A stretch of 64,000 bases of DNA from an uncultured Chryseobacterium sp. (GCA_964476665.1 CAYZBO010000002.1:285-64284); one strand, 5' to 3'; positions 25,546 through 34,515 are shown, counted from the first letter of the stretch. Program-made: numbers and translations. The notes: generated from the letters alone by a model not told the origin.

Positions 25546-26685
25546 TCAGCCGAGCGCCTGGCGAAGGTCCTCCACGAGGTCACGTGCATCCTCCAAGCCC
25601 ACGCTCAGTCGGATGAGCGTGTCGGCGAGCCCGTTGCGCAGGCGCTCCTCACGCGGTATGCTCGCATGCGTCATGCTCGCGGGGTGCCCCAGCAGTGACT
25701 CCACGCCCCCCAGGCTCTCGGCCAGACTGAACAACTTGGTGCTGCTGAGCATCCGTGTGGCCTCCTCCATCCGGTCCCCTTTGAGCGTGAAGCTGATCAT
25801 GCCCCCGAACCCACGCATCTGTCGCTTTGCCACGTCATGGTTGACGTGGGTGGGCAAGCCAGGCCAGTAGACCTTGTCCACCTTCGGGTGGGCAGTGAGG
25901 AAGTTCGCCACCACCTCGCCGTTCTCACAATGACGCTGCATGCGGAGGTGGAGGGTCTTCAGACCCCGCAGAACGAGGAAGCTGTCCATCGGGCCTGGCG
26001 TTGCTCCACAGCTGTTCTGCAGGAAGGCGAGCCGCTCAGCGAGCGCATCGTCCTTCACCACCAAGGCCCCCATCACCACATCGCTGTGCCCGCCCAGGTA
26101 TTTGGTGACGCTGTGCATGACCAGATCGGCACCAAGGTCCAGGGGATTCTGCAGATAGGGACTGGCGAACGTATTGTCCACACCAAGGATGCACCCGTGC
26201 CTCCGCGCGATGTCGGCAAGACCCGCGATGTCGATGATGCGCAACAGGGGATTGGTCGGTGTTTCGGCCCAGATCAACCGGGTGGAGGGGCTCATCGCAG
26301 CCTCCACGGAGCGCAGGTCGCCCATGTCCACAAAGCGGAACTTCACGCCGAAACCTTCGAAGACCTTGGTGAAAAGCCGGTATGTGCCGCCATACAGGTC
26401 GTTGGTGCTCACCACCTCATCACCCGGCTTCAGCAGCTTCACGACCGCATCGATGGCCGCCATTCCAGTGGCGAAACAGAGCCCGTGACGGCCGTTCTCC
26501 AATGCCGCCAAGGCGTTCTGCAGGGCGGTCCGGGTGGGGTTGTGGGTGCGGCTGTACTCGTAACCCTTGTGATCCCCTGGAGCAGCCTGTACGTAGGTGC
26601 TGGTCTGGTAGATCGGCGTCATGATGGCGCCTGTGGTGGGGTCGGGTTCCACGCCGGCGTGGATGGCCTTGGTACCGAATTCCAT
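25546..26685 (-). CDS. PLP-dependent Cys/Met-metabolism enzyme (cystathionine gamma-lyase / gamma-synthase / beta-lyase family)
   Basis: 379 aa: MEFGTKAIHAGVEPDPTTGAIMTPIYQTSTY..., with the PLP-lysine motif HSVTKYLGGHSD. The exact reaction cannot be told from sequence alone. Confidence 0.9.
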   Translation of the reverse strand: MEFGTKAIHAGVEPDPTTGAIMTPIYQTSTYVQAAPGDHKGYEYSRTHNPTRTALQNALAALENGRHGLCFATGMAAIDAVVKLLKPGDEVVSTNDLYGGTYRLFTKVFEGFGVKFRFVDMGDLRSVEAAMSPSTRLIWAETPTNPLLRIIDIAGLADIARRHGCILGVDNTFASPYLQNPLDLGADLVMHSVTKYLGGHSDVVMGALVVKDDALAERLAFLQNSCGATPGPMDSFLVLRGLKTLHLRMQRHCENGEVVANFLTAHPKVDKVYWPGLPTHVNHDVAKRQMRGFGGMISFTLKGDRMEEATRMLSSTKLFSLAESLGGVESLLGHPASMTHASIPREERLRNGLADTLIRLSVGLEDARDLVEDLRQALG

Positions 26686-26704
26686 GGTGCGTTTCGCTGG
26701 GCGA

Positions 26705-26712
26705 CGAAGGTA
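26705..26712 (-). promoter_or_regulatory. -7-like box variant TACCTTCG upstream of the PLP enzyme gene
   Basis: The minus strand reads TACCTTCG, 19 nt upstream of the ATG at 26685. Confidence 0.35.
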
Positions 26713-26724
26713 CGCCCCGTCACC

Positions 26725-27936
26725 TCATCGACGTGCAGCGGTGGCCGTGTTGCGCAGCCAGCGCGGCAGGATCACCGTACCCATGAAGAGGTACAGGTAA
26801 TAGCTGAGGATGCGCCACACCACGGCAACCGCCCCGATGTAGCCCACCGCAGGGAGCAAGTCCTTGAAGAAGCCGGAGAAGGCGATCTCGGCAACGCCAC
26901 TCCCGCCCGGGGTGGGGCTGATCAACAGGATGACCCACATGATCATCTGCCGGGCATAGAGCAACAAATGATCGGTCACAGGAAAGAAGGCCGCCACGAT
27001 GAGATTGACCACCACAAAGCGATTGGCCCACGAGAAGCAGGTGGCCGCAAAGGCCTTCATCCAGAAACGCTTGGGTTTGCCCCGTAGCTCCTGCGAGGTG
27101 GTCACGATGTCGTCGCCCACCTGGATGACCATGGGCCTCCAGCGCCGCAGGAACGGCAGCTTGAAGACCCTGAGCAAGGCGAACTTGAAGGCCCGTGGAC
27201 GGAAAAAGACACCGTAGAAGATCGCGAGCACAAGGACCAGTATGAAGAGGTAACCCAGCAGGAAGATCGACTTGATCGGCATGCCCCAGAACGCATGGTC
27301 CAATTGATCCGGAAAGAGGTCCTGTGTTCCGACCGCCAGGAAGACAAGGGGAACCATGACCACATAGAACAGTTCATCCATCAGTGCGGTGACCAGGACG
27401 ATCGCCGTGGCCCGGCCCAGTTCGATGCCCTCCCGCCCGATGATGAACATGGCGATCCCCGAGCCGCCCACCACCGAAGGGGTCATCGCAGATGCGAATT
27501 CCCATAGGAAGGTGACGTTGAAGGCCTGGCGCCAGGAGAGGTGGCCATCGGAAAGCACGCGCAGCCTGAAGATGTACCCCAGGTCCCTGAACGCGGTGGC
27601 CACCACGGCAAGCAGGATCCACACGGCACTGTGCCAGCCCCAATCGATGGAGCGCAGGATGTCCCCCGTGCTCATGCGCACGTGGGTGCCACTCCCGTCA
27701 TCCACCCGCACGAACTCGGCAGGGTCCGTCAGGTCCGCCATCCCGTTCCCATTGCGGTCCACCCATTGATGGTCACCACGCCCCTGAACATCCAGTTCGA
27801 ACCGGTCCCTGCCGAGGTCCCGCCAGAGCAGCCAACCGGCCGCCAGCATGCCGATGAACACCGGCAGCAACACCTTGCGCAGGCTGAAGGTCCTCCGCAG
27901 GTCGCTCTCGCTCGTCCCTTTCTTCGCCTCGCTCAT
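26725..27936 (-). CDS. Flippase-like integral membrane protein (lysylphosphatidylglycerol-synthase TM-region / UPF0104 family)
   Basis: 403 aa with about 8 TM helices. The C-terminal ...SPTPGGSGVAEIAFSGFF... is characteristic of the family. There is an unusually long first loop containing DRNGNGMADLTD. Confidence 0.7.
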   Translation of the reverse strand: MSEAKKGTSESDLRRTFSLRKVLLPVFIGMLAAGWLLWRDLGRDRFELDVQGRGDHQWVDRNGNGMADLTDPAEFVRVDDGSGTHVRMSTGDILRSIDWGWHSAVWILLAVVATAFRDLGYIFRLRVLSDGHLSWRQAFNVTFLWEFASAMTPSVVGGSGIAMFIIGREGIELGRATAIVLVTALMDELFYVVMVPLVFLAVGTQDLFPDQLDHAFWGMPIKSIFLLGYLFILVLVLAIFYGVFFRPRAFKFALLRVFKLPFLRRWRPMVIQVGDDIVTTSQELRGKPKRFWMKAFAATCFSWANRFVVVNLIVAAFFPVTDHLLLYARQMIMWVILLISPTPGGSGVAEIAFSGFFKDLLPAVGYIGAVAVVWRILSYYLYLFMGTVILPRWLRNTATAARR

Positions 27937-27988
27937 CGGGTATCTTCGCTGCCTCTTGGAGACGGCCTAAAGGTATCCCTTCGCCCGA

Positions 27989-28912
27989 ATGACGCGGTCC
28001 ACCCTTGCGGCCCACCTGGCATTGTTCACGGTCAATCTGATCTACGGCCTCAACTATGTGGTGGCCAAAGGCCTCATGCCGGTGGTCATCGGCCCCTCGG
28101 GTTTCATCCTCCTGCGGGTGATCGGGGCGACCATCCTGTTCTGGCTGTTGTTCCTGCGCAGGCCGGTGAAGGTCCCTCCAACCGACCTGCTGCGACTGCT
28201 CCTGTGCGCGCTGTTCGGGGTGGCCCTCAACCAGCTCATGTTCTTCCATGGCCTGATGCGCACCACCCCCGTGAATGCGAGCATCATCATGGTGGCGACA
28301 CCGGTGCTTGTCCTTGCTCTTTCAGCATATCTGCTCGGTGAGCGCCTCACCTGGCTCAAGGTGCTTGGGGTGGCCCTTGGTGCAAGCGGTGCATTGACCC
28401 TTGTGCTCGGTGGAAGCGCTGTCGGCACCCCCGGTGGTCGTATGGGTGACCTGTTCATCCTGGTCAATGCGTCATCATACGCGGTGTTCCTTGTGCTGGT
28501 GAAGCCCCTGATGCGGCGTTACAATGCGGTCACCGTAATGGCCTGGAGCTTCCTGTTCGGGGTGCTCATGGTCCTGCCTTTCGGCTGGAGCGAACTGGCC
28601 GCCGTGCAATGGTCCGAGCAGTCGCGACCTGTCCTGCTGGCCATGGCGTTCGTAGTGGTGATGGTCACGTTCGTCGCCTACCTGCTCAACACATGGGCCA
28701 TCGCCCGTGTGGATCCCGGTGTCGTCGGCAGCTACATCTACCTGCAGCCCGTTCTGGCACTCGCGTTCTCCTGGCTGTTCATGGTACTGGGTCCCGACCG
28801 GATCGGCATTCCAGGCAACTATGAGGTGGAGGTCGAGCTGCCCCAGGTGCTAAGCGCCCTTGCCATCTTCCTCGGTGTTCACCTGGTGGGACGACGCAGC
28901 GCCACCGTATGA
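27989..28912 (+). CDS. DMT-superfamily (EamA-like) transporter
   Basis: 307 aa with ten predicted TM helices in two EamA-type halves (LFTVNLIYGLNYVVAKG..., FVAYLLNTWAIARV...). Confidence 0.85.
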   Translation: MTRSTLAAHLALFTVNLIYGLNYVVAKGLMPVVIGPSGFILLRVIGATILFWLLFLRRPVKVPPTDLLRLLLCALFGVALNQLMFFHGLMRTTPVNASIIMVATPVLVLALSAYLLGERLTWLKVLGVALGASGALTLVLGGSAVGTPGGRMGDLFILVNASSYAVFLVLVKPLMRRYNAVTVMAWSFLFGVLMVLPFGWSELAAVQWSEQSRPVLLAMAFVVVMVTFVAYLLNTWAIARVDPGVVGSYIYLQPVLALAFSWLFMVLGPDRIGIPGNYEVEVELPQVLSALAIFLGVHLVGRRSATV

Positions 28913-28924
28913 GTTGAAGCCGAT

Positions 28925-28932
28925 TACTTTTG
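28925..28932 (+). promoter_or_regulatory. Bacteroidota-type -7 promoter box (TACTTTTG) for the yicC-gmk-nadD operon
   Basis: Exact TAnnTTTG match, 17 nt upstream of ATG 28950. Confidence 0.45.
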
Positions 28933-28949
28933 GCGCCTACCAGAAGCGT

Positions 28950-29819
28950 ATGCTACGTTCAATGACAGGTTTCGGCCGCTCGGAAGGAGTGGTCAATGAG
29001 CGAAAGGTGACCGTGGAGCTGCGCTCGCTCAACAGCAAGCAGCTGGACCTGCTGGTGAAGGTTCCCGGCATATACAAGGACCGGGAAGCGGAGTTGCGTC
29101 AGCTGGTCGGCGAGCAGCTCCAGCGTGGCAAGGTCGAGCTTGTCGTGGTCTGTGAACAGCCTCAGGGCGCTCAGCGGACCCGGATGGACAGGGTGCTGCT
29201 CCGCTCCATTTACGAAGAGCTCTGTGCAGCAGCCAGGGAGATCGCGCCGGAAACGACCACGGACCTGTTCGCCCAGGCCCTGCGCATGCACGAGGCCTCG
29301 GTGGCACCGGTGGAACGCGTGGGTGATGAGGAGTGGACCATCGTGGCCGGTCTTGTGAATCGGGCACTGGTGGACCTCGGCCGCTTCCGGGTGAGTGAGG
29401 GCGAACGACTGGCTGCCGAACTACGCGCCCGGGTGGAGCGCATTTCTGAGCTCCTGATACAGGTGGAAGCCATGGACGATGGACGCAGCGAACGCACCCG
29501 TGAACGCCTGCGCGGCAAGTTGAACGAGCTTCGCCAGGATGTGGATGAGGACCGGTTCGAGCAGGAGCTTGTGTACTACCTGGAGAAATTGGACATCACA
29601 GAGGAGAAGGTCAGGCTGCGTTCGCATTGCTCCTATTTCATTGAGACCATTGCCACGGAGGATGCCCAGGGACGGAAGCTCGGTTTCATTGCACAGGAGA
29701 TGGGCCGGGAGATCAATACCCTGGGCTCCAAGGCGAACGATGCGGTCATCCAGCGAAGCGTTGTGCTCATGAAGGATGAGCTGGAGAAGATCAAGGAGCA
29801 GGTGCTGAACGTGCTTTGA
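28950..29819 (+). CDS. yicC: YicC-family stress-induced protein
   Basis: ATG at 28950 (MLRSMTGFGRSEG...). Also ELRSLNSKQLDL and the C-terminal QEMGREINTLGSKAND...KIKEQVLNV are typical of YicC. Confidence 0.85.
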   Translation: MLRSMTGFGRSEGVVNERKVTVELRSLNSKQLDLLVKVPGIYKDREAELRQLVGEQLQRGKVELVVVCEQPQGAQRTRMDRVLLRSIYEELCAAAREIAPETTTDLFAQALRMHEASVAPVERVGDEEWTIVAGLVNRALVDLGRFRVSEGERLAAELRARVERISELLIQVEAMDDGRSERTRERLRGKLNELRQDVDEDRFEQELVYYLEKLDITEEKVRLRSHCSYFIETIATEDAQGRKLGFIAQEMGREINTLGSKANDAVIQRSVVLMKDELEKIKEQVLNVL

Positions 29820-30400
29820 TGATGGCAGCGGATGCCCATAACGGCAAGTGCATCATTCTTTCCGCTCCCTCAGGTGCCGGAAAGACCACCATTGTGCGGC
29901 ATCTGCTGGCCAGCGGGCTGAGGCTGGCGTTCAGTGTGAGTGCAACCACCCGACCCGCCCGGGCGAATGAAGTGGATGGACGGGATTATCACTTCATCAG
30001 CGAAGCACGATTCAGGGAGCATGTGCTTGCCGGCGACCTGGTGGAGTGGGAGGAGGTGTATCCGGGACGGTTCTATGGCACCCTGCGCAGGGAGGTCGAT
30101 CGCATCTGGGCAGCCGGGCAGCATGCGGTGTTCGACATCGATGTGATCGGTGGGCTCCGGCTCAAGGAGATCTACCGGGAGCAGGCGCTCGCCATCTTCG
30201 TCGCTCCGCCCAGCATGGATGTGTTGGAGCAGCGGCTCCGAAGCAGGGGGACCGAGAACGAGGCGAGCCTCCGCGTGCGGCTTGAAAAGGCACGGGAGGA
30301 GTGGAGCCATGCGCCCGCCTTCGATCATGTGTTGGTGAACGACGAGCTGGAGCGCGCTTGTGCCGAGGCCGTACAATTGGTCAGAGGCTTCCTTCAATGA
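29819..30400 (+). CDS. gmk: Guanylate kinase
   Basis: P-loop LSAPSGAGKTT. Also SVSATTRPAR..E.DG.DYHF and EWEEVYPGRFYGT. The ATG overlaps the yicC stop (TGATG). Confidence 0.92.
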   Translation: MMAADAHNGKCIILSAPSGAGKTTIVRHLLASGLRLAFSVSATTRPARANEVDGRDYHFISEARFREHVLAGDLVEWEEVYPGRFYGTLRREVDRIWAAGQHAVFDIDVIGGLRLKEIYREQALAIFVAPPSMDVLEQRLRSRGTENEASLRVRLEKAREEWSHAPAFDHVLVNDELERACAEAVQLVRGFLQ

Positions 30401-31002
30401 TGCGCATCGGTTGTTTGTTCGGCACCTTCGACCCGCCCCATAACGGGCATCTGGCCATTGCGGACCACATGGTGGCCAGGCTTGGCCTGGATCAGGTCTG
30501 GCTGGTGGTCACACCGCTGAACCCTTTCAAACAAGGACAGGCCCTGAGCCCTGATATCCATCGAATGGCCATGGTGCGTCTGGCGGTGCAAGGTCATCAC
30601 TCGGTGATCGCCAGTGGCTTTGAGCTGGACCTGCCCAAGCCCAGCTATACTGTGAACAGCTTACAGTTCATGCGTGAGCGTTGGCCCCAGCACCAGTTCG
30701 ACCTCATCATCGGCAGTGACAATCTGGCCGCGTTCCACCAGTGGAAGGGCCCCGATGAGATCCTCGCACATCATCGCTTGTTGGTCTATCCGCGTGACGG
30801 TTTTTCGGAGCACCTCAGGGCTTCCGCCTTACTGGGCTCCCCGCAGGTACGTGTGGTGGCCGATGCACCTTTGGTCAGGGTCTCCTCCACGCAGGTGCGG
30901 GCGGCCATTGCCCGCTGGGAGCCCGTGGATGGACTGGTCCCTCCCGCCGTCCTTAGCTACATCCGGGAGTTCCGGCTGTACAGCCCTTCGCAGCGGACCT
31001 GA
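30397..31002 (+). CDS. nadD: Nicotinate-nucleotide adenylyltransferase
   Basis: ATG at 30397 (ATGA overlap with the gmk stop). Motifs are GCLFGTFDPPHNGHL (the HxGH motif) and ...RVSSTQVRAAI (an ISST-like motif). Confidence 0.9.
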   Translation: MMRIGCLFGTFDPPHNGHLAIADHMVARLGLDQVWLVVTPLNPFKQGQALSPDIHRMAMVRLAVQGHHSVIASGFELDLPKPSYTVNSLQFMRERWPQHQFDLIIGSDNLAAFHQWKGPDEILAHHRLLVYPRDGFSEHLRASALLGSPQVRVVADAPLVRVSSTQVRAAIARWEPVDGLVPPAVLSYIREFRLYSPSQRT

Positions 31003-31012
31003 GAACGTTGCA

Positions 31013-31666
31013 TCACGACGAGCCCGAGGGCTGCTTTGCTGTTCCCACCCGGGCCGCCTGGCGCAGGTGATCAGCCAACACCTGTACGGCCCTGCCATAA
31101 CCGAGCTCGTTCACCACATGCAGATCGCACAGATGCCGGTAGGGTAGGAGGTAATTGCGATAGGCAGGCAGCACATGGTGCTCCCATTGGTAGCGGATCT
31201 CCTCCTCGCCATAGCCCCTTTCCACGGAGTCCCGGCGCAGGCGTCGGTCCAGCTGGGCTTCTTCGCTGGCATCGATGAACACGCGCAGGTCGAACAGGTC
31301 GCGCAGGGGTTCGTGATGCAGCACAAAAAGACCTTCCACCAGGATCACCGGCGCGGGCCGCAACTCGATCAGGGACGGCTCTCTGCCGGCGTGGTTGAAG
31401 GTGTATTCCTTTCGGTAGATGACCCCACCGGCGAGCAGTGTGCGGATATCGCGGGTGAGCCCGTCCAGGTCAACTGCGGTGGGCAGGTCGAAGTTGACCT
31501 TCCCATTGTTGTCCAAGGCCTGTTGCTCCTTGGGGTGGTAGTAGTCATCCTGAGATACCACGCAGATGCTGCCGGAAGGCAGCACCTCGTTCAGTGAGCG
31601 GACAAGGCTGGTCTTACCCGAGCCGCTGCCACCCGCCACCCCGACCAGGTAGGAACCCCGCTGCAT
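31013..31666 (-). CDS. udk: Uridine kinase
   Basis: 217 aa. P-loop VGVAGGSGSGKTS. Also ...DDYYH...NFDLPTAVD...ILVEGLF...FIDASEE..L.RRLRRD. Confidence 0.9.
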   Translation of the reverse strand: MQRGSYLVGVAGGSGSGKTSLVRSLNEVLPSGSICVVSQDDYYHPKEQQALDNNGKVNFDLPTAVDLDGLTRDIRTLLAGGVIYRKEYTFNHAGREPSLIELRPAPVILVEGLFVLHHEPLRDLFDLRVFIDASEEAQLDRRLRRDSVERGYGEEEIRYQWEHHVLPAYRNYLLPYRHLCDLHVVNELGYGRAVQVLADHLRQAARVGTAKQPSGSS

Positions 31667-31762
31667 TGCGGCAAAAGTAGCGGTGGACGCGGCTTTCCCA
31701 ACAGGTGCTCCGGTTTGGCACGCCGCTTGGAACGTGGGGGTGTACCCAACAACGATCGACCC

Positions 31763-31903
31763 ATGAACACCCCGGCCAACACCTACACTGACCTTAAGAA
31801 CAAGGCCAAGCAGCTATTGCTGGCCGGCGATCTGGAGCGCTACATGCAGTTGCTACGCGCTCTGCATACGGCCGCCACCGGCCACCGTCGCGCCCTTGCC
31901 TGA
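31763..31903 (+). CDS. Possible small protein (46 aa), unknown function
   Basis: The ATG at 31763 gives MNTPANTYTDLKNKAKQLLLAGDLERYMQLLRALHTAATGHRRALA. Codon third positions are G/C-biased like the neighbouring genes, and a hairpin follows. It is short, so the call is uncertain. Confidence 0.35.
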   Translation: MNTPANTYTDLKNKAKQLLLAGDLERYMQLLRALHTAATGHRRALA

Positions 31904-31926
31904 GCCTCTTCCAACGCCAGCAACGG

Positions 31927-31955
31927 ACGGCCCTTCGCGGGGCCGTTCTGCGTTC
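31927..31955 (+). terminator. Hairpin terminator candidate
   Basis: The stem is ACGGCCCT / GGGGCCGT with loop TCGC, followed by TCTGCGTTC. It lies 24 nt after the stop at 31903. Confidence 0.45.
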
Positions 31956-32026
31956 ACGTGGGGCGGCGTTCCGATCTTTTTTCAGCCCGGTGGATCCTTT
32001 TGCCCGGACCCCCCGTAGAAGGCCCC

Positions 32027-32203
32027 ATGACGAAGAAGGATAAGATAGCCTTCATCAAGAGCAGCAAGCGCAAAACGCACGTGTACCAGGACCTGAACAG
32101 GTACACGGACCAGCAGCTCAACGATGTCATCCGGGAGATCGTGCAGGGCCTGGTCCGCGAAAGCGAGATCATCGCCAATGCGTACATCAACGGATATCGT
32201 TAG
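32027..32203 (+). CDS. Possible small basic protein (58 aa), unknown function
   Basis: The ATG at 32027 gives MTKKDKIAFIKSSKRKTHVYQDLNRYTDQQLNDVIREIVQGLVRESEIIANAYINGYR. It has strong G/C third-position bias and is followed by a good bidirectional terminator. Confidence 0.45.
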   Translation: MTKKDKIAFIKSSKRKTHVYQDLNRYTDQQLNDVIREIVQGLVRESEIIANAYINGYR

Positions 32204-32250
32204 TGATGGTGCAGCGTGCGCACTGCTGAAGGCAGGGACCCACAGGTAGC

Positions 32251-32290
32251 AAAGCCCCACCGTCGTATGACGGACGGGGCTTTGTTACTT
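32251..32290. terminator. Bidirectional Rho-independent terminator between convergent genes
   Basis: AAAGCCCCACCGTC-GTAT-GACGGACGGGGCTTT (hairpin 32254-32280) has T-rich runs on both strands: TTTGTTACTTT on plus and TTTGCTACC on minus. Confidence 0.6.
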
Positions 32291-32297
32291 TCGGCAC

Positions 32298-32945
32298 CTA
32301 CCAGCCGATACCGGTCGCATAGCCGACCTGGAAGAACATCTTCCGCAGGCCCCATTCGCTGGTCTCCATGTAGGCTGGCAGTCCTGGGCTCGCCTCCAGC
32401 TCGCCAAGGTTCATGCCAGCCCCGAAATGGATATCGCCGAAAAAACCGTCCAGTTCACTTCGGAACCCCACACGCAGGCCCAACTGGAGGTAACCGAGCT
32501 CATGCTCCGTCCGGCGATCCCAGGAAGGGCTTGGGTTGCCTGAAAAGCCCGTGTCCCAGACCTGTGGCAGCAACTCCAGGGAAACCGATCGATAGCCGAT
32601 GGTCGGGCCGATGTAGGCTCCAGCGGCCTCGTCAGACAGGAAGTAGATGGACCGAAGCGAAAGTGACCAGCTGCGGGTCAAGGGAGAAACGCTGACCTGG
32701 TATCCCAAGTGCTCCAAGCTCTCCACGTTGGACTCGGCCGCTCCGAAGATGTCCATGCGCGTTGTGTAGTCGATACCCATTGCGCTGCGTGGGCTCAGGT
32801 CGGCATCAAAGCCGGCCACGAAATGGAAATTGCTGCCCACCTCGACCGGCTCATAGTGAAGGAACGAGACGCGAACGCCCATCTGACCGTAGGCCTCCAA
32901 ACCGAGGGCACTGGCTGCCAGCAAGGCTAACCGGAACGCTTTCAT
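32298..32945 (-). CDS. Small outer-membrane beta-barrel protein
   Basis: 215 aa with signal peptide MKAFRLALLAASALGLEAYG|QM. It has alternating beta-strand pattern and a terminal ...FFQVGYATGIGW (aromatic C-terminus). Its start overlaps the upstream protease stop (ATGA). Confidence 0.65.
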   Translation of the reverse strand: MKAFRLALLAASALGLEAYGQMGVRVSFLHYEPVEVGSNFHFVAGFDADLSPRSAMGIDYTTRMDIFGAAESNVESLEHLGYQVSVSPLTRSWSLSLRSIYFLSDEAAGAYIGPTIGYRSVSLELLPQVWDTGFSGNPSPSWDRRTEHELGYLQLGLRVGFRSELDGFFGDIHFGAGMNLGELEASPGLPAYMETSEWGLRKMFFQVGYATGIGW

Positions 32946-34459
32946 TGTTCAAAGGTGATGTTCAGCATTTCCAGGACCTGCTTGATCGGGACCCCGAAGC
33001 CCAACCCTTCGAGCCCCTTGCCACTGATCTTCATGGTGGTGACGCCCACCACGCCTCCGTTCTCATCGATCAATGGACCACCGCTGTTGCCCGGGTTGAT
33101 GCTGACGTCCGTCTGCAGGTAGGAGCGTCCTTCGATCTCACGCCGGCCGCTGAGCACACCACGCGCCACGCTCTGGCCCAATTCGGTGTCCAACGGGGTG
33201 CCGATGGCGAAAAGCTCTTCTCCGAGCATCAAATTGGTGTCATCGCCCAGTGCAAGAGCGGGTAGGTCTGTGGCCTGCACCTTCACCAATGCAAGGTCAA
33301 AGTCCTTGTTCGTCTTCACCACCGTGCCATCGAGGGTGAATCCTTGGGCGAACTTCACCCTGACGAGGCTCTCGCCGTTCACGACATGTTCATTGGTCAG
33401 CAGGTAACCATCATTGCTGATAACGAAACCACTGCCGTGCCCCTTGTCCATTTCAATGGTGACCACCCCTTTCACGAGCTCGGACAGCATGTCCTTGCGC
33501 CCTTTGAACGCGATGGTGCGGGGCCGGGGAAGGCGTACCTCGCCACCCTTGCTGGCTGACAGACCGGCCCCGTACAGTTCCTCCAATCGGCCGGGAAGGG
33601 TGTTGCTTTCCGCCAATCCGCGGGCGGCGCTGGATAGGGCGCTCGACAGGACATCGTCCAGTCGTTCACCGTTCGCAAAGTGTGTGGTGGTCGTGCGTTC
33701 TTCGTGCAGGATCTTGTCAGGATCCGAGCTGCTGTAGAACCGCCAGTTCACGGTAAGGTCCATCTTCCCGGACGCGCGCTCCTTGGACTCCTTCAGGTCC
33801 ATCACCAAACCTTCCAAAGCGGGATGGAGAAAGAGCTTGGCCCGTTGAATGGCCTCGTCCCCCTTGGTGGTGCCTTTGCGTACGGTTCGCAGGTCCATCC
33901 ACGTGTCCCGCGCGCCGCTCGCGATCGAGGCCGTCAGCTGATCGGGGTAGTTGAGACTTTTCAGCGGGCTGTCACGATCATGGTTGACCTGCCTTCCGTT
34001 GAGGCTGCCCAAGGCAGCGCGCTCCCCTAGCAGTACCTCCATGCCTGTGACGGGCACGAACTGCTTGCGCATGTTCGCAGGCAGCTCCTTGAACAACCGA
34101 ACCGTGGCTTCCGTGCTGCCCAGCATGTACAGGTCGGGGCTGTTCCTATCCACGATGTACGGCAGGTGGAAGAGCATGGCATCTGCGAACAGGACGCCGT
34201 TGCGCATTTTGGGCCGGATGGAGGTGGATGCTGTCAGGTATCCCGGCATGCGCAACTCGAACGTCACCTCAGTGCCATCGTCAGGCGAGTATGCATAGGC
34301 GAATGGTGTCACCCCGCGCTGATTCCCGTTCACGTAAACGGTGGCACCGCTGGGCATGGAGTCCAGTGTGAAAGTGCGCCCGCCCTTCCCCATCAGGGAG
34401 GCACAACCGGTCAAAGCGATGGCAGCAGCGAAAAGGGGGACGAGATGGGCCTTGATCAT
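32942..34459 (-). CDS. Lipoprotein with a PEGA domain and a C-terminal trypsin-like (S1C/HtrA-type) serine protease domain, no PDZ
   Basis: Lipobox IALTGC. A PEGA-like segment reads TLDSMPSGATVYVNGNQRGVTP. The protease catalytic context is GSGFVISNDGYLLTNEHVV (His), DLALVKV (Asp) and NPGNSGGPLID (Ser). The ORF ends right after the protease domain. Confidence 0.85.
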   Translation of the reverse strand: MIKAHLVPLFAAAIALTGCASLMGKGGRTFTLDSMPSGATVYVNGNQRGVTPFAYAYSPDDGTEVTFELRMPGYLTASTSIRPKMRNGVLFADAMLFHLPYIVDRNSPDLYMLGSTEATVRLFKELPANMRKQFVPVTGMEVLLGERAALGSLNGRQVNHDRDSPLKSLNYPDQLTASIASGARDTWMDLRTVRKGTTKGDEAIQRAKLFLHPALEGLVMDLKESKERASGKMDLTVNWRFYSSSDPDKILHEERTTTTHFANGERLDDVLSSALSSAARGLAESNTLPGRLEELYGAGLSASKGGEVRLPRPRTIAFKGRKDMLSELVKGVVTIEMDKGHGSGFVISNDGYLLTNEHVVNGESLVRVKFAQGFTLDGTVVKTNKDFDLALVKVQATDLPALALGDDTNLMLGEELFAIGTPLDTELGQSVARGVLSGRREIEGRSYLQTDVSINPGNSGGPLIDENGGVVGVTTMKISGKGLEGLGFGVPIKQVLEMLNITFEQ

Positions 34460-34515
34460 GACAGTTCACAAATAAAGGGAACAAACCCGATCACCACAGC
34501 AGCTATATTCGGGCC

